Source: Candidatus Cloacimonadales bacterium
Lineage (GTDB): Bacteria; Cloacimonadota; Cloacimonadia; Cloacimonadales; JAFGVF01
DNA: 64,000 bases
Assembly: GCA_963667035.1 (NCBI GenBank)
Contig: OY762964.1
Span: 448,001-512,000 of the forward strand
Reading direction: 5' to 3'
In this document: piece after piece, positions 1 to 11,176 of the stretch
Position numbering within the stretch: position 1 is the first letter of the stretch
Layout: every line of letters begins with the position of its first letter
Program-made: the position numbers and the translations under genes
The notes under the pieces: model-generated
Told to the model about the DNA's origin: nothing
What the model saw: only the letters and a program-made list of their open reading frames with translations
Databases searched by the model: none

Positions 1-1521
1 CACTATATATTCAAGTTTGGCGTTATTGAACATTCCTGTGAAGTTTGCTTTTATGATAAAGTGCTCTCCATGTAAAGAGCGAATCGGGCACTCATGTGTT
101 ATACCATTTCTAAACTTTTCGGGATTATTATAGTTGTTTCTGAATTCTTGAGCTAGTGCTTGATCTGTTAGAAAAGAACAAAACTCACCTTCAACATTAT
201 CGGTTGCTTGATAGCCAAGTTTAGTTTTAGCAAATTTATTTATTCTTCTAATTCTACCTCGGCTACTCAAGACAAGTACCATAGCTTCTTCAGTATCAAG
301 TACGGCAGACATGAAAATTCTTTCTCTTTCAAGTTCTTCAGTCCGAATTTTAACCGTAGCTTCCAGACTACCGGCCAGGCTTGCTAATTTCTCATGTGAA
401 TCAGCTAGTCGTTTATGAAGTTTACTTCTCTTAAAAGTGTTAACAACAAGCATTATTATTATAATTAAAAGGAATAATAGTAAGGAACCGAATTGAATTA
501 GTAGTGATTTGTTTCTTCGTATGAATGATTCAGGCATGTTAATAATTACGGACTTTCTCGGTAAATCTCTGACCTTTATACCCCATTTAGTCAAGGCTCT
601 ATAATCAAACATATATCTGTTGGCACTTGACATGTCTATTCCGGCGTCTTCAACTTCATTACCCTCAAGAATAGTTATTGCTTTGTTCGCTGCTTTTTCA
701 CCTTGATAATAACCACTTGTCAGAAAACCTCCAACAATACCGTAATCCAGATTGAAATCCCAGCATCCATAAATAGGGGAATTACTTGCTTCAACTATCT
801 CAATTATACTGGAATCAAACTCAAAGAAATGATTCTCACTATCTTTAAAAAAAACAGTATATAATACAGCTGTATCTTCGGGTAAGGAAGCAACTCTTAG
901 TTTAAGCTCATTCATAGTGATATTGCGAGGTTGCTCAATGCTGATTGTTGGAGGTAGCCATTTCACAGCTCTCTCGATCTCTTTATTAAGCTCAATACCT
1001 GTTAAAGTCTCATCATCTATTATGAAGAGATTTTTGAGATTGGGATGAAGTTTTCTAATCAGCTTTATATTTTGTAATATACCTACTTTTTCGTTTACTC
1101 CGGCTACTAACTTATTATCTCCAAGCATCGAGTAATGAAATCCATTTACACCGCAAAATATCATCGGTGTATTGGGGAAGATATCTTCAATATTCTCAAG
1201 CATGTAGTTAAAGGCGAAATTGTCTACTGTTATAACAACATCGAATTCTAATCCTTTATACTTGCGAAAGAATAATCTTTTTTCCTCTTCTAATTCCTTC
1301 TTACTACTATACCTCTTTGTGTCTAAGTATTCTGTCGAAATATGAATTTTATGATTAAAATCTCTCAGATTATCAACAATTCCCGCTTGAATATCGTCAG
1401 ACCATTTGTATCCAGAATGATAAGATTGTATAACTAAAATTTTAGGAATCTTTTCAACATCTCTGCCAGAAGCAGAAAGAATAAGTAACAGAAATAGGAG
1501 CAATATCATTAGTTTTTTCAT
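1..1521 (-). CDS. Membrane sensor protein (periplasmic substrate-binding-like domain, TM helix, coiled coil, PAS); probable histidine kinase; 3' end runs off the window
   Basis: Manual minus-strand translation from ATG 1521: MKKLMILLLFLLLILSASGRDVEKIPKILVLQSYHSGYKWSDDIQAG...; TM segment near 440-510; coiled coil and PAS-like region follow. Not in the ORF track because no stop lies in the window. Confidence 0.75.
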   Translation of the reverse strand, partial: MKKLMILLLFLLLILSASGRDVEKIPKILVIQSYHSGYKWSDDIQAGIVDNLRDFNHKIHISTEYLDTKRYSSKKELEEEKRLFFRKYKGLEFDVVITVDNFAFNYMLENIEDIFPNTPMIFCGVNGFHYSMLGDNKLVAGVNEKVGILQNIKLIRKLHPNLKNLFIIDDETLTGIELNKEIERAVKWLPPTISIEQPRNITMNELKLRVASLPEDTAVLYTVFFKDSENHFFEFDSSIIEIVEASNSPIYGCWDFNLDYGIVGGFLTSGYYQGEKAANKAITILEGNEVEDAGIDMSSANRYMFDYRALTKWGIKVRDLPRKSVIINMPESFIRRNKSLLIQFGSLLLFLLIIIIMLVVNTFKRSKLHKRLADSHEKLASLAGSLEATVKIRTEELERERIFMSAVLDTEEAMVLVLSSRGRIRRINKFAKTKLGYQATDNVEGEFCSFLTDQALAQEFRNNYNNPEKFRNGITHECPIRSLHGEHFIIKANFTGMFNNAKLEYIV

Positions 1522-2006
1522 GATTCCTCGCAGTTTGATTCGCTTCAATACTTATTATTAATGCAGTATTCATTCTCGTCAAACTATTTTTGAGGATGAT
1601 TCACATTTTCTTTATGCTAGAGAAAACCTATAAATTAGTCTAAATTATTATAGTTCTCCTAAATAAAAAGATAACGATAAGCATATACTATTTAGCGAGT
1701 AGGATTTTTCCCATTAAGATTTCCAAATTGATTATTGTCTATGCAATCGTTAAAGTGAAATTATCATTTATGTGTATCAAGAAACTATGCCACCAATGAT
1801 AAGAAGTAGAAATATATAAAAAAGACTTTACAAAGAAATTATAGCAGTTTATATTCGTTATTATAAAGAATTGAAAAATATAAATCGATAAGTTAAGTCG
1901 ATTTGGAAACTTTGGAAAGTCGATTAATATATAATTTAAGAAATAATACAGGTTCGGAATAAATAACAGTTGACAAGAAAGCTTGTTAATAGTGATTTGA
2001 TTCCGT

Positions 2007-2093
2007 GCCGAAGTGGTGAAACTGGTAGACGCAGTGGACTCAAAATCCTCCGAGCTTTAGCTCGTGCCGGTTCGAGTCCGGCCTTCGGCACCA
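2007..2093 (+). tRNA. tRNA-Leu (CAA)
   Basis: GCCGAAG...CTTCGGC acceptor stem, TGGTAGAC D-loop, CTCAAAA anticodon loop, long variable arm, GGTTCGAGTCC T-loop, encoded CCA. One T-T mismatch in the anticodon stem. Confidence 0.95.
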
Positions 2094-2218
2094 CTTTATA
2101 AATTGGAACTAAGGAGTAGCTTATAATATTATTGTTCTGACGAAGTCGTACGAATTGACTCAATTCTCAGATTTATTCTTATATTTACAAAAAAGATTAA
2201 CATAGGGGTTATATTAGT

Positions 2219-3274
2219 ATGAAAAACAAGAACTTAATTAAGCTGATTCTAGTTTCAGCAATTCTACTGATTCCAATACTTTCGAATGCTAGCTCTGAAG
2301 CTGGTGTACTTTTCCTTCTTATTGAACCTGATTCCCGTGCTAATGGTATGGCAGAGGCTTATGTCGCTAAGGCGGATGATGCCTATTCCGGTTGGTGGAA
2401 TCCGGGAGCTATGGCTTTCAACCGTAAGAACCAGATAGGCGTTATGCATGTAAGCTGGTTTGAAGATGCTAATATTGACGATGTTTATTATGAATATGCT
2501 GGCTATAACGGATATCTGGAAGGCATAGGTAATCTAGGTTTTCATGTTGTGTTTATGACATTTGGAAAAATGGAAAGAACGGATGCCGAAAATAATTACC
2601 TAGGTTCATTTACCAGTTATGAGTTGGCACCAACATTTACTTATGCTTCCCAGATAAACGATAATATCGGTCTTGGTGTGAACTTCAAGTTTATACTTAG
2701 TGACCTTGCCCCCAAAGGTACAGGCAATACTGAAGAAAGTACACATGGTCGAGGTATAAGTTTCGCCTTTGATTTTGGTTATAAACATAAGAATATCTTC
2801 AATTATGATAGACTAGACTTTGGTGTTACATTACAGAACATTGGTCCGGATATTACTTACATTGATGATGAGCAAAGCGATCCTCTTCCAATGAACCTTC
2901 GTGCCGGTTTCTCATATAGACCTCTTGATGACCAATTTAATCGTTTTACTGTCAATGCTGACATGAGTAAATTGTTAGCTAACGATGATTTTGTCTTAAG
3001 CCGCCTTGTAACAGCTTGGAAGGATGATCCGTTTCAACAGGAGTTGGAATCAACAATCTTCAGCATTGGTGGAGAATATGTCTATCTTGATATGATATCT
3101 TTACGTGGGGGATATTACTACGATAAAGCCGGTTCAATGGAAGGCCCATCATTTGGAGCAGGATTAAAATATTCATTTAATGACAAATATATTGGATCAT
3201 TTGATTTTGCTATGAAGCAAGCAGGTGAGCTTACACATTATAATAAGACATTCTCTTTGAGTGTAGATTTCTAG
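2219..3274 (+). CDS. porV: PorV/PorQ-family outer membrane beta-barrel (T9SS shuttle-like)
   Basis: Signal peptide; FLLIEPDSRANGMAEA and WWNPGAMAF motifs; LQNIGP..Y.....DPLP.NLRAG; C-terminal Phe. Confidence 0.8.
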   Translation: MKNKNLIKLILVSAILLIPILSNASSEAGVLFLLIEPDSRANGMAEAYVAKADDAYSGWWNPGAMAFNRKNQIGVMHVSWFEDANIDDVYYEYAGYNGYLEGIGNLGFHVVFMTFGKMERTDAENNYLGSFTSYELAPTFTYASQINDNIGLGVNFKFILSDLAPKGTGNTEESTHGRGISFAFDFGYKHKNIFNYDRLDFGVTLQNIGPDITYIDDEQSDPLPMNLRAGFSYRPLDDQFNRFTVNADMSKLLANDDFVLSRLVTAWKDDPFQQELESTIFSIGGEYVYLDMISLRGGYYYDKAGSMEGPSFGAGLKYSFNDKYIGSFDFAMKQAGELTHYNKTFSLSVDF

Positions 3275-3291
3275 ATTTAAAGTAGATAAAT

Positions 3292-6200
3292 ATGAAGAAA
3301 TCACTGATATTACTTTTGGTAATATTGAGCCTCAATCTACTTTGGGCAGATAAAATTATCATGCAAAAAAGCGGAGCTCCCCGAAAAAATAAGCTCCGCT
3401 TAAAGCATCCGGCTCAGGAGATTTTTGATTCAAGAATTTTGCCTGAAGATAACCGAAAAATAGGGTCAGAGGAAAACAAATTAATCGTTATTCTTGTCCA
3501 ATTTCAAGAGGAAGTTATTGATAATACTGCAACTACCGGGAATGGTCATTTTCTTACTTACATTGATTCTCTAAATGGCCCAACTATCGGTATGCCTCCT
3601 CATGATCAAGAATACTACAGCTCGGTATTAGAGAGTGTACGCAATTATTATAGAGCAGCCAGTTATGGTCATTTCGAACTTGACTATGATATTTGGCCTA
3701 AGGATAAGCCTGCATATACCTTATCCCATGAAATGAGTTACTATAGTCCTTCTGATGTAGGTTCAAGTCTGTTTGTAGAAAGATTGGAAGAATATTTCAA
3801 GGAATCATGGGAGACTGCGGATAGGGATGATCCAGAGATAGATTTTTCTCAATATCAGCATTTTATGTTAGTTCATGCAGGTGCTGATTGGCAACACGAT
3901 ACATTTGGGGATACTCCTTCCGATATGCCTTCTTTATTTATTCGAATAGGAACAGGAAAAGAAGCAATTGTTGATGATGGGCAGGTTTTGATAAGAAAAT
4001 CTTGCAATGTTCCAGAGACAATATCTCAGGATTATGAAGAATACGAATATGTAGACGATAATGGTGTGCCAGGAGTTATGGTGTATGGACATGGTTCCCC
4101 AAATGCTGTTTTTGCTCACGAGTTTGGTCATTCAATGGGTTTGGTTGACCTCTATGATACTCATTCTTCAACACCTATGGTTGGCTATTTTGATATTATG
4201 GACAGTGGTGGTTCTGGTATTATGCAATCTGTAGGTAGAGATAACAAACTATATAATTATGAAGGAGCTTTACCTGCTTTACCCGGGGCATATTCTAAAA
4301 GCTTGATGTTTGAAGATATATTTAGAGATGAAGGTATCATTAAAGACATCAATGAATTGAGTTTTGAAGAAAGCATGGAATTCTCTGCTGCTGAATCTAT
4401 GGTCAAGCCAATAAACAAGTTAAGAATTATTAAGGTGCCACTATCTGATAGTCAATACTTACTGCTAGAACACAGAAGTGTAGATCCTGATGGCGATGGA
4501 GGTACTGCAGTTAAAAGTACTTTATCCAGAAGAGTTATTCTTGGACCTACGACTATAGGGGGTGGGATTGATTCACCACTGACTTTTGAATACGACTATT
4601 TGTTACCTTCATGGCAAAAATGGAATTCTCAGAATGGTAGTTATGATTCATATGGAGGAGGAGTTCTGGCGTGGAGAATCAATGAAGATATTCTGAACAA
4701 AGTTCTCTATGTAGATAATGAAGGTAATCCGATAACAAATTTTGATAATAATAGTGTTAACACAAACTTATACAGAAGAGGCATTGAGTTGGTGGAAGCT
4801 GATAATATTAAGGATATTGGGGAACCTAGTTCATTCTATTGGTCTGGGACTCCATACGAATATTTCTTTCCACAAAAGCCAATGTTAGATTCAGAAGGAT
4901 TGTTTGTTTCTTGGAGTTTAGAAACACATACGCCTGTATTTTCGGGTAGCACTAAACCAGCTTTAGCCGATAGTTATGGGCACCCCTCTCAATACTCAAT
5001 TGAATTCTTGAGCAATCCAACAGGCGTTATGGAAATGAAACTGTCATTTCTAAATAGTACGTATACTCAGGAAATATATACAAATGATGATTTAGTTGGA
5101 ATCGGTCCTATTTTCCAATCTGAATTCGGAATGGAGTTACCAATAGTTACGGAGCATGGAATAATGCTTTATACACAATTGGATAATCAAGGTGAATGGC
5201 ATAATTATTATGATATTATTAATGAGTATGTTGATAAGATTGATTATTACCCTGTAGTCATAAATGATGAAAGAGGAAATGGTTGTCTTGTTCTTGTATC
5301 GGATAATAATATTTTAACTTTAACTCCACTTAAATATGGGGAGATCTCAGGATTACCTGAGATTACTGCTGCACCAATTGTGTTTTACAATTATGATATT
5401 CAAGGTAATTATCTTAGATTACTTGGAATTCCTACAACAGAAGGTTTCTATGTTTATCAGTATGTTTCTGATTGTGATTTCAGTTTTAGAGAGATTGTTG
5501 AAGGTAAGGTTATTGAAGCAGGTTATTTATCAAACAATAATGATGTTCAGACTGTATTAATAATGTTCGAAAATGATGTTCGAGAATACAACATTCAAAA
5601 CGAATATATTGATGGAGGATCACCAATTTTCTGTAGAAATCCGGGATATAACTTTAATGGATATTCGTCTCTTAGAGGGATGTTTGTAACAAACAATAGC
5701 AAGTTGTTATCTATAGAAGCTAAGTACGACTTCACTTATTATGCTACTTTTGCATTTAAAGAGCAAATAGATTTTAGTAAATATTCAAGTATCCCTCCAA
5801 CAAATCTCGCATATGGGAGAATCGGAAACATTGAGAATGTTTTTGTTTGGGGAGCTGGAGACCATTTGTTTGCCATGAAGAATAATGCCTTATTGGAAGG
5901 CTTTCCAGTTAAGTATGATGGATTACTCTTTAAAAGTAGAAGTTATCCACGTCTAGTTGATGGTATAATTCAAATTCAAACTGACGGTAACGGTTACTAC
6001 TCAATTAACTCGGACGGAGAAATACTTAGCGATGAAAGCTATACCAATTATAGTGAGAACAATGATAATGAATTGTGCTACTCTAATGGCTATCTGTATA
6101 ATGCTTTCATAAGTAATAGTCATTCAGTATTCGTTAATCAAGTTAAAGAATATGAAGAAAATCCAATCGAGTTTTCAGGATATCGAAGTCTGTTTAATGT

Positions 6201-6501
6201 CACTGAAGATTTCTCTAATACAGAAGTTACAGGTTTTAATGCATATATTTATCCTAATCCTATACGTAGTATAGATGCCCGGTTTAGAGTATATAATCCT
6301 GCTAGTGATTATGAATTGATAGTATATGACATTGCCGGAAATAAAGTTTATACAGACAAAATCACATTAAGTCGATTAGATTTAGATAAACAATATTTCG
6401 AAGCTTCTTTGAGGTTAGATAAGTTAAGTGCAGGGGCATATTTCTGCGTTTATAAAGACAGAAATAAAACTAAGAAGATTAAATTTTCAATTGAAAAGTG
6501 A
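3292..6501 (+). CDS. M6 (immune inhibitor A)-like zinc metalloprotease with T9SS-type CTD
   Basis: Signal peptide; LVHAG; AHEFGHSMGLVDLYD zinc motif; DIMDSG Met-turn; C-terminal IYPNP...YDIAGNKV...GAYF. Confidence 0.85.
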   Translation: MKKSLILLLVILSLNLLWADKIIMQKSGAPRKNKLRLKHPAQEIFDSRILPEDNRKIGSEENKLIVILVQFQEEVIDNTATTGNGHFLTYIDSLNGPTIGMPPHDQEYYSSVLESVRNYYRAASYGHFELDYDIWPKDKPAYTLSHEMSYYSPSDVGSSLFVERLEEYFKESWETADRDDPEIDFSQYQHFMLVHAGADWQHDTFGDTPSDMPSLFIRIGTGKEAIVDDGQVLIRKSCNVPETISQDYEEYEYVDDNGVPGVMVYGHGSPNAVFAHEFGHSMGLVDLYDTHSSTPMVGYFDIMDSGGSGIMQSVGRDNKLYNYEGALPALPGAYSKSLMFEDIFRDEGIIKDINELSFEESMEFSAAESMVKPINKLRIIKVPLSDSQYLLLEHRSVDPDGDGGTAVKSTLSRRVILGPTTIGGGIDSPLTFEYDYLLPSWQKWNSQNGSYDSYGGGVLAWRINEDILNKVLYVDNEGNPITNFDNNSVNTNLYRRGIELVEADNIKDIGEPSSFYWSGTPYEYFFPQKPMLDSEGLFVSWSLETHTPVFSGSTKPALADSYGHPSQYSIEFLSNPTGVMEMKLSFLNSTYTQEIYTNDDLVGIGPIFQSEFGMELPIVTEHGIMLYTQLDNQGEWHNYYDIINEYVDKIDYYPVVINDERGNGCLVLVSDNNILTLTPLKYGEISGLPEITAAPIVFYNYDIQGNYLRLLGIPTTEGFYVYQYVSDCDFSFREIVEGKVIEAGYLSNNNDVQTVLIMFENDVREYNIQNEYIDGGSPIFCRNPGYNFNGYSSLRGMFVTNNSKLLSIEAKYDFTYYATFAFKEQIDFSKYSSIPPTNLAYGRIGNIENVFVWGAGDHLFAMKNNALLEGFPVKYDGLLFKSRSYPRLVDGIIQIQTDGNGYYSINSDGEILSDESYTNYSENNDNELCYSNGYLYNAFISNSHSVFVNQVKEYEENPIEFSGYRSLFNVTEDFSNTEVTGFNAYIYPNPIRSIDARFRVYNPASDYELIVYDIAGNKVYTDKITLSRLDLDKQYFEASLRLDKLSAGAYFCVYKDRNKTKKIKFSIEK

Positions 6502-6510
6502 GGTTTGTAA

Positions 6511-7416
6511 ATGAAAAAATGGGTCTTACTACTAGTTATAATGGGTCTTTTCCTAACTATATTTGCTGAAGATTTCGATTTTACACCGAATGATAAAAAA
6601 GAGAAAGAATCAGAGAATAAACCGGTCCAAGATGAGAGAGAACTTCTTATGAGAGGTGATGTTATTAATGTAAAAACTAATAACAAGGATGCTCGACTTG
6701 CGATGGCATTATCGATGTTGGTTCCCGGTGTGGGAAATTTTTACGCTGATAAAACCTCGATAACAACATACATTTGGCCGGTTATTGAGATTGGACTATG
6801 GGCTGGGTATATTTATTATAGATCTGAAGGCGATAAAAAGACAGATGTTTACGAAGATTATGCAGACTTGCATTATCAGAGAACTCACCAGCATGAGATT
6901 GAAAATTATCTTAGAGAGATGTATGAGCACGATGTTTATGATAAAACTTTTTGGCGTTTGGATGATGACAATACTCAGCATTTCTATGAAGATATTGCTA
7001 AATATGACAAGTATGTCTTTGGCTGGGATGATTGGTACGCTGCTTATGCAACGGATAATAATGGCGACTTTGTTACACCAGTTTTTTACGGAAATGGGGA
7101 GAACGAGAATTTTAAATGGTTTGGAAATAGAGTAATGAATGATGAATACTCAAATTTTCCTGAAGATTCAAAATACTCTGAGTTGAGAGAAGAATATATA
7201 AATATGCGTAGAGATGCTCAAGATGATTATGATATGGCTACAGTTATGACCTTTGGAATACTTTTTAACCATGTTTTAAGTGGTGTAGATGCAATAAGAT
7301 TAACTATAAAGCATAATGCAGAGAACCTTGCTAGAAATGATGTGAAGCTTAATTATGCTGTTGTCCCTAGAAACAATCAGATGACTCCTTTTGTATATTT
7401 AACAAAGAGGTTTTAA
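6511..7416 (+). CDS. DUF5683-like exported/outer membrane protein
   Basis: Signal peptide; AMALSMLVPGVGNFY motif; NHVLSGVDA; terminal Phe. Confidence 0.6.
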   Translation: MKKWVLLLVIMGLFLTIFAEDFDFTPNDKKEKESENKPVQDERELLMRGDVINVKTNNKDARLAMALSMLVPGVGNFYADKTSITTYIWPVIEIGLWAGYIYYRSEGDKKTDVYEDYADLHYQRTHQHEIENYLREMYEHDVYDKTFWRLDDDNTQHFYEDIAKYDKYVFGWDDWYAAYATDNNGDFVTPVFYGNGENENFKWFGNRVMNDEYSNFPEDSKYSELREEYINMRRDAQDDYDMATVMTFGILFNHVLSGVDAIRLTIKHNAENLARNDVKLNYAVVPRNNQMTPFVYLTKRF

Positions 7417-8091
7417 ATGATTAAGAAACTAATTCTGTTGCTTATACTGGTATTATTTATTACTATCAGCTCAGCTCAGGAGTATTCGAGAGGTAAAGCT
7501 ATAATAATGTCAGCATTAGTTCCTGGTTCAGGACAGTTATATACAGGACAGAAGACAATGGGAGCTACTCTTATTGCTACGGAGCTAGGATTAGTTTTTT
7601 CACTTCTAAGATTTCAAAAAGAGATTGATTGGGGAGTAGATCATTATCAGCAGTATGCTTTTGCCTATAATGATATTCCCATTGGAAGTAGTACTGATTT
7701 ATATCAAGATATGTATACATATGAATCGAGTGAAAAACATAATGAAGCTGTGATTAGAGATGCAAGAAATTACTATCTCATTTATACGAATGACCCTGAA
7801 AGCTATTATGCCTATATTCAAAAGTTTGCATATAGTGGAGATGAAACATGGGATTGGAGTACAAAAGATAGATGGATGAAATATAGAAGTATTAAAGTGA
7901 GAAAACAAAACTTTGAAGTTTATAAGAATCTTGCTGTCGGTGGATTAGTTATTAATCACTTGTTCAGTACAATTCAAACAATCATCTCTACTCGTCCTCA
8001 TAAAACAGTATTGTCACAAATAAGCAATATAAATATTCAACCAGATTATATTAATAATGGAGTCAATGTTGTTTACTCATACAAATTTTAA
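7417..8091 (+). CDS. DUF5683-like exported/outer membrane protein
   Basis: Signal peptide; AIIMSALVPGSGQLY; INHLFS; terminal YSYKF; abuts the previous gene. Confidence 0.6.
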   Translation: MIKKLILLLILVLFITISSAQEYSRGKAIIMSALVPGSGQLYTGQKTMGATLIATELGLVFSLLRFQKEIDWGVDHYQQYAFAYNDIPIGSSTDLYQDMYTYESSEKHNEAVIRDARNYYLIYTNDPESYYAYIQKFAYSGDETWDWSTKDRWMKYRSIKVRKQNFEVYKNLAVGGLVINHLFSTIQTIISTRPHKTVLSQISNINIQPDYINNGVNVVYSYKF

Positions 8092-8737
8092 AAGAACAAT
8101 TCTGCTAAGTGTTATTGCTCTACTATCATTATCTTTGAATGCAGGGATTTCAGATAGAATCCCCCCTATCATTAAATCAATAATACTTCCAGGTTGGGGA
8201 GAGATCTCCCAAGGTTACAATCGTGGATATGCACAAATGTTCGTAGATGCTGGATTATGGACAAGTTTGTTCTACTACAACGAAGAATCAGATTTGTTTC
8301 AAGAAAAGGCATATGATTACGCAGTAAGATTTGCAGGGATTTCAAACACAAACCATAGTGAACAATATCTTGTTGATATTGGTAAGTATGATCATAGCGG
8401 ATTCGACGTTAGAGGTTATAATGCAATGATTGTTGTCATGGCTAACCATGAATATTCTACAGATAATGAATCAAGGCAGCAGTACATACAAGACAATATA
8501 TATAGTGATGATATGGCTTGGGAGTGGGAATCTGTTCAACATAGATCAAAGTATACTTCATATAGAAAAAAGTCGATGGATTGTGATGATTACGCAGGAA
8601 TGATATCCGGACTTTTAATTGTTAATCGTGTTGCGAGTTGTATTGATTTATTGATTATCAAACAAAGTAAGCTTAAAGCTATGACATCATTATATGATTA
8701 TCAAACTCCTATGATAAACCTTAGTTTCGAATTTTAA
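8057..8737 (+). CDS. DUF5683-like exported/outer membrane protein
   Basis: KSIILPGWGE motif; VNRVASCID; terminal LSFEF. Start codon uncertain. Confidence 0.55.
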   Translation: MESMLFTHTNFKRTILLSVIALLSLSLNAGISDRIPPIIKSIILPGWGEISQGYNRGYAQMFVDAGLWTSLFYYNEESDLFQEKAYDYAVRFAGISNTNHSEQYLVDIGKYDHSGFDVRGYNAMIVVMANHEYSTDNESRQQYIQDNIYSDDMAWEWESVQHRSKYTSYRKKSMDCDDYAGMISGLLIVNRVASCIDLLIIKQSKLKAMTSLYDYQTPMINLSFEF

Positions 8738-8758
8738 CAATTCAAAATTTTTTACCGG

Positions 8759-8811
8759 TTATAAATATTAGAAAACCCGACTTTTTAAGTCGGGTTTTCT
8801 AATATTTATAA
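8759..8811. terminator. Perfect 25-bp-stem hairpin between convergent genes; probable bidirectional terminator
   Basis: TTATAAATATTAGAAAACCCGACTT-TTT-AAGTCGGGTTTTCTAATATTTATAA. Confidence 0.85.
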
Positions 8812-8822
8812 TAATTTAAGAG

Positions 8823-9155
8823 TTAGAAATTCTCAATATCACCATTTTCAGCAAAATAAGTATTGTTCCATGTCCATCGCATTATTCTGCAGACTCCCCA
8901 AGGAGAGTAAAGCCCAAATGTGATAATTGTCAGAATAAAAATAAGCAGATAGTTCCCGAAGAAACCTGCTCCAGAACCTTTGAAAACAAGGCGTTTCCCA
9001 TTTATGTATACGTTAGAGAAAATCCATTTCAACTGTTGAACATAAGCCCAAGGAAAGTATAGTCCAAGGGTAATAATAGTTAACACAGATGTCCAAATCA
9101 TAAGCCACCAAAAGCTTAAGCCATTTCCTTTGAATTCGAATTTACCACTTGCCAT
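8823..9155 (-). CDS. DUF898/YjgN-like small membrane protein
   Basis: Internal repeat F.G.G...LTIITLGLYxPW occurs twice; GGAGG RBS. Confidence 0.75.
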   Translation of the reverse strand: MASGKFEFKGNGLSFWWLMIWTSVLTIITLGLYFPWAYVQQLKWIFSNVYINGKRLVFKGSGAGFFGNYLLIFILTIITFGLYSPWGVCRIMRWTWNNTYFAENGDIENF

Positions 9156-9328
9156 ATTTTTACCTCCAATATGTAATAAGTTGAACTATTAGGATTAGAT
9201 AAAAATTGTAAAGAAAAAACAATTACACTAACCTTTAACTATATAATCAGTTACATGCGGATAGCTATAGATATAACTGTAATAGAGCTTGTCTACGTAT
9301 CATCGCATAGTAAATCATTTGAAGGCTT

Positions 9329-11176
9329 CTACTTCATCAAAATCATTTTTTTGCTCTAGTAAATGAATCTGATTCCATTTTATAGAAGTATATCCCGTTA
9401 GATACATTGTTACCATTACTATCTCTACCATCCCATACTATTTTATTTACCTCGGGAGTAAAGTTCATCTTACCAATTTGTCTTATTAACTGCCCTTTGA
9501 TATTATAAATATGTATTGATAGAGATCCAGTTGTTTTAAGGTCGAAACTGATAGTTGTTTCATTGCTAAATGGATTAGGATAATTATTCAGAAGATCTGT
9601 AATTTGTGGGACATCGTTTTGCTCTTCGTTATCAATAGAAGTTGAATTAATGATCATAATATCATCAATACAAACTTCTCCATGAACAGTAGATTCATCC
9701 ACTATAGCCATGAAGTCGAGTATCACTTGTTGATTAGCATATTCGGAAAGCGATATCTCATAGTTTACCCATTCTGAAGCTCCATCAATATCGGTTAGTT
9801 GTGCTATGTTAGTAATTACGTTATCAACAATTGTATTAACTTGTAATTCAGAATTATTAATAGCATCACCAATCCAGTAGTTAAATGAGAGAGTAGGAGT
9901 AGCAATTCCTGATAGGTTAAATGGTAACGAATACATATGAGTATCTACATGCATAGAAGAAATAGAAGTGCAGTCTACAGCAAGATAATATCCATTGTTT
10001 CCGGTAGCATCCCCATTAGCTCCATTACTATATGAATCATAGTTTTTTAAAATCCAATCATTCATCTCAGTATCTATTGTCCATTCTATAGGGAAAATGT
10101 TAGTATCAAATGATTGTATGTATGGGTAATCTGAAACAATAGGATTATATCCGATACCTGTAAGTAGAATAGGGAATGAACCGTATGTTGCACAATCAAC
10201 AATTATAGTAGTTTGATGGAGTCCATCACTAGTGGGGTGAAAGACTAGATGATTTGTGTCAACTTCAAGAGGGAAAATTGTTAAAGGGTAATCAATAGTA
10301 TTACTAATTGAGAAATTGACGTTATCATCAGATTCAATTGATACAATATTGAAATCCACCATTATAGTATTTTGCATCGTAATTTGGATTGGTTGCGATT
10401 CATTTTCTGTTAAGATTGTTCCAAAATCAACTTCATTCGGAGTGATTAACAATGCTGGACTTGGCAAGGGGAAATACTCTAAGCGAATGTTAGGGATTAA
10501 CGATACTGTTTGCATAGCTGCAATTAGGATTAATACTATCGTTATGGTAGTAAATACTTCTGCTTTCGTTACAATATGAGCAGTAAAAATCACCACTAAT
10601 AATTGTATAACCTGATTGATTCTCCTCTATAGCTATGACAAGATTATCAGTATTATTATACTGAAAAGTATTGTTAAGATCAAACTCTATCCAGCCATCT
10701 GCTAGAATGGTAGATGGTTGACCAGAATAAACCTCAGTTAACTGATCAATTGGAATCCAACTATCTACAGTTGAGAAACTTGTATTGCTAGTGTACCACA
10801 TGTATATTGACCAGTTATCACTATTATCCAATGAACCATTGTTTGTGTAGTGGTAAGAGATTTTTTCTATTATAGCATTGGAGAGGTTTAACTCTGATTG
10901 TAAATAAACTGACTGCGAGTAAGAGTAGCCATAATTAGGTGTAATTGGCAACTGTTGGTTCATTATAGTCCCATCACCGATTGTGATGTATTCGTTTCTT
11001 AAATTTTCTTCATCATTTTATAATGATTGATTTGTAAAATCAGAGAAAGAATTTCCATTAGTATCTTTAGTCTTGGGTCTAATCGTAAGGGCTCTTTGAG
11101 CACTTGTTTCTACTTCCTCTGTAAATAGCCAAAGTGTAAATAATAGAGCAATACTAACTAAAACAGATTTCTTCAT
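9329..11176 (-). pseudogene. Disrupted secreted CTD protein (Ig-like/ASH and MAM or cleaved-adhesin-like domains)
   Basis: ATG 11176 with GGAGG RBS and signal peptide MKKSVLVSIALL; in-frame TAA at 11018-11020; frame shift near 10500 joining the 157 aa and 417 aa ORFs; an A7 run truncates the CTD (one extra A restores AKKMILMK*). Confidence 0.8.

Noticed and set aside
2007..2093. tRNA as an integration site for an island
   Set aside because: No integrase nearby, and I saw no duplicated tRNA 3' end in the window.
1936..2163. 75 aa minus-strand ORF
   Set aside because: Antisense shadow of tRNA-Leu.
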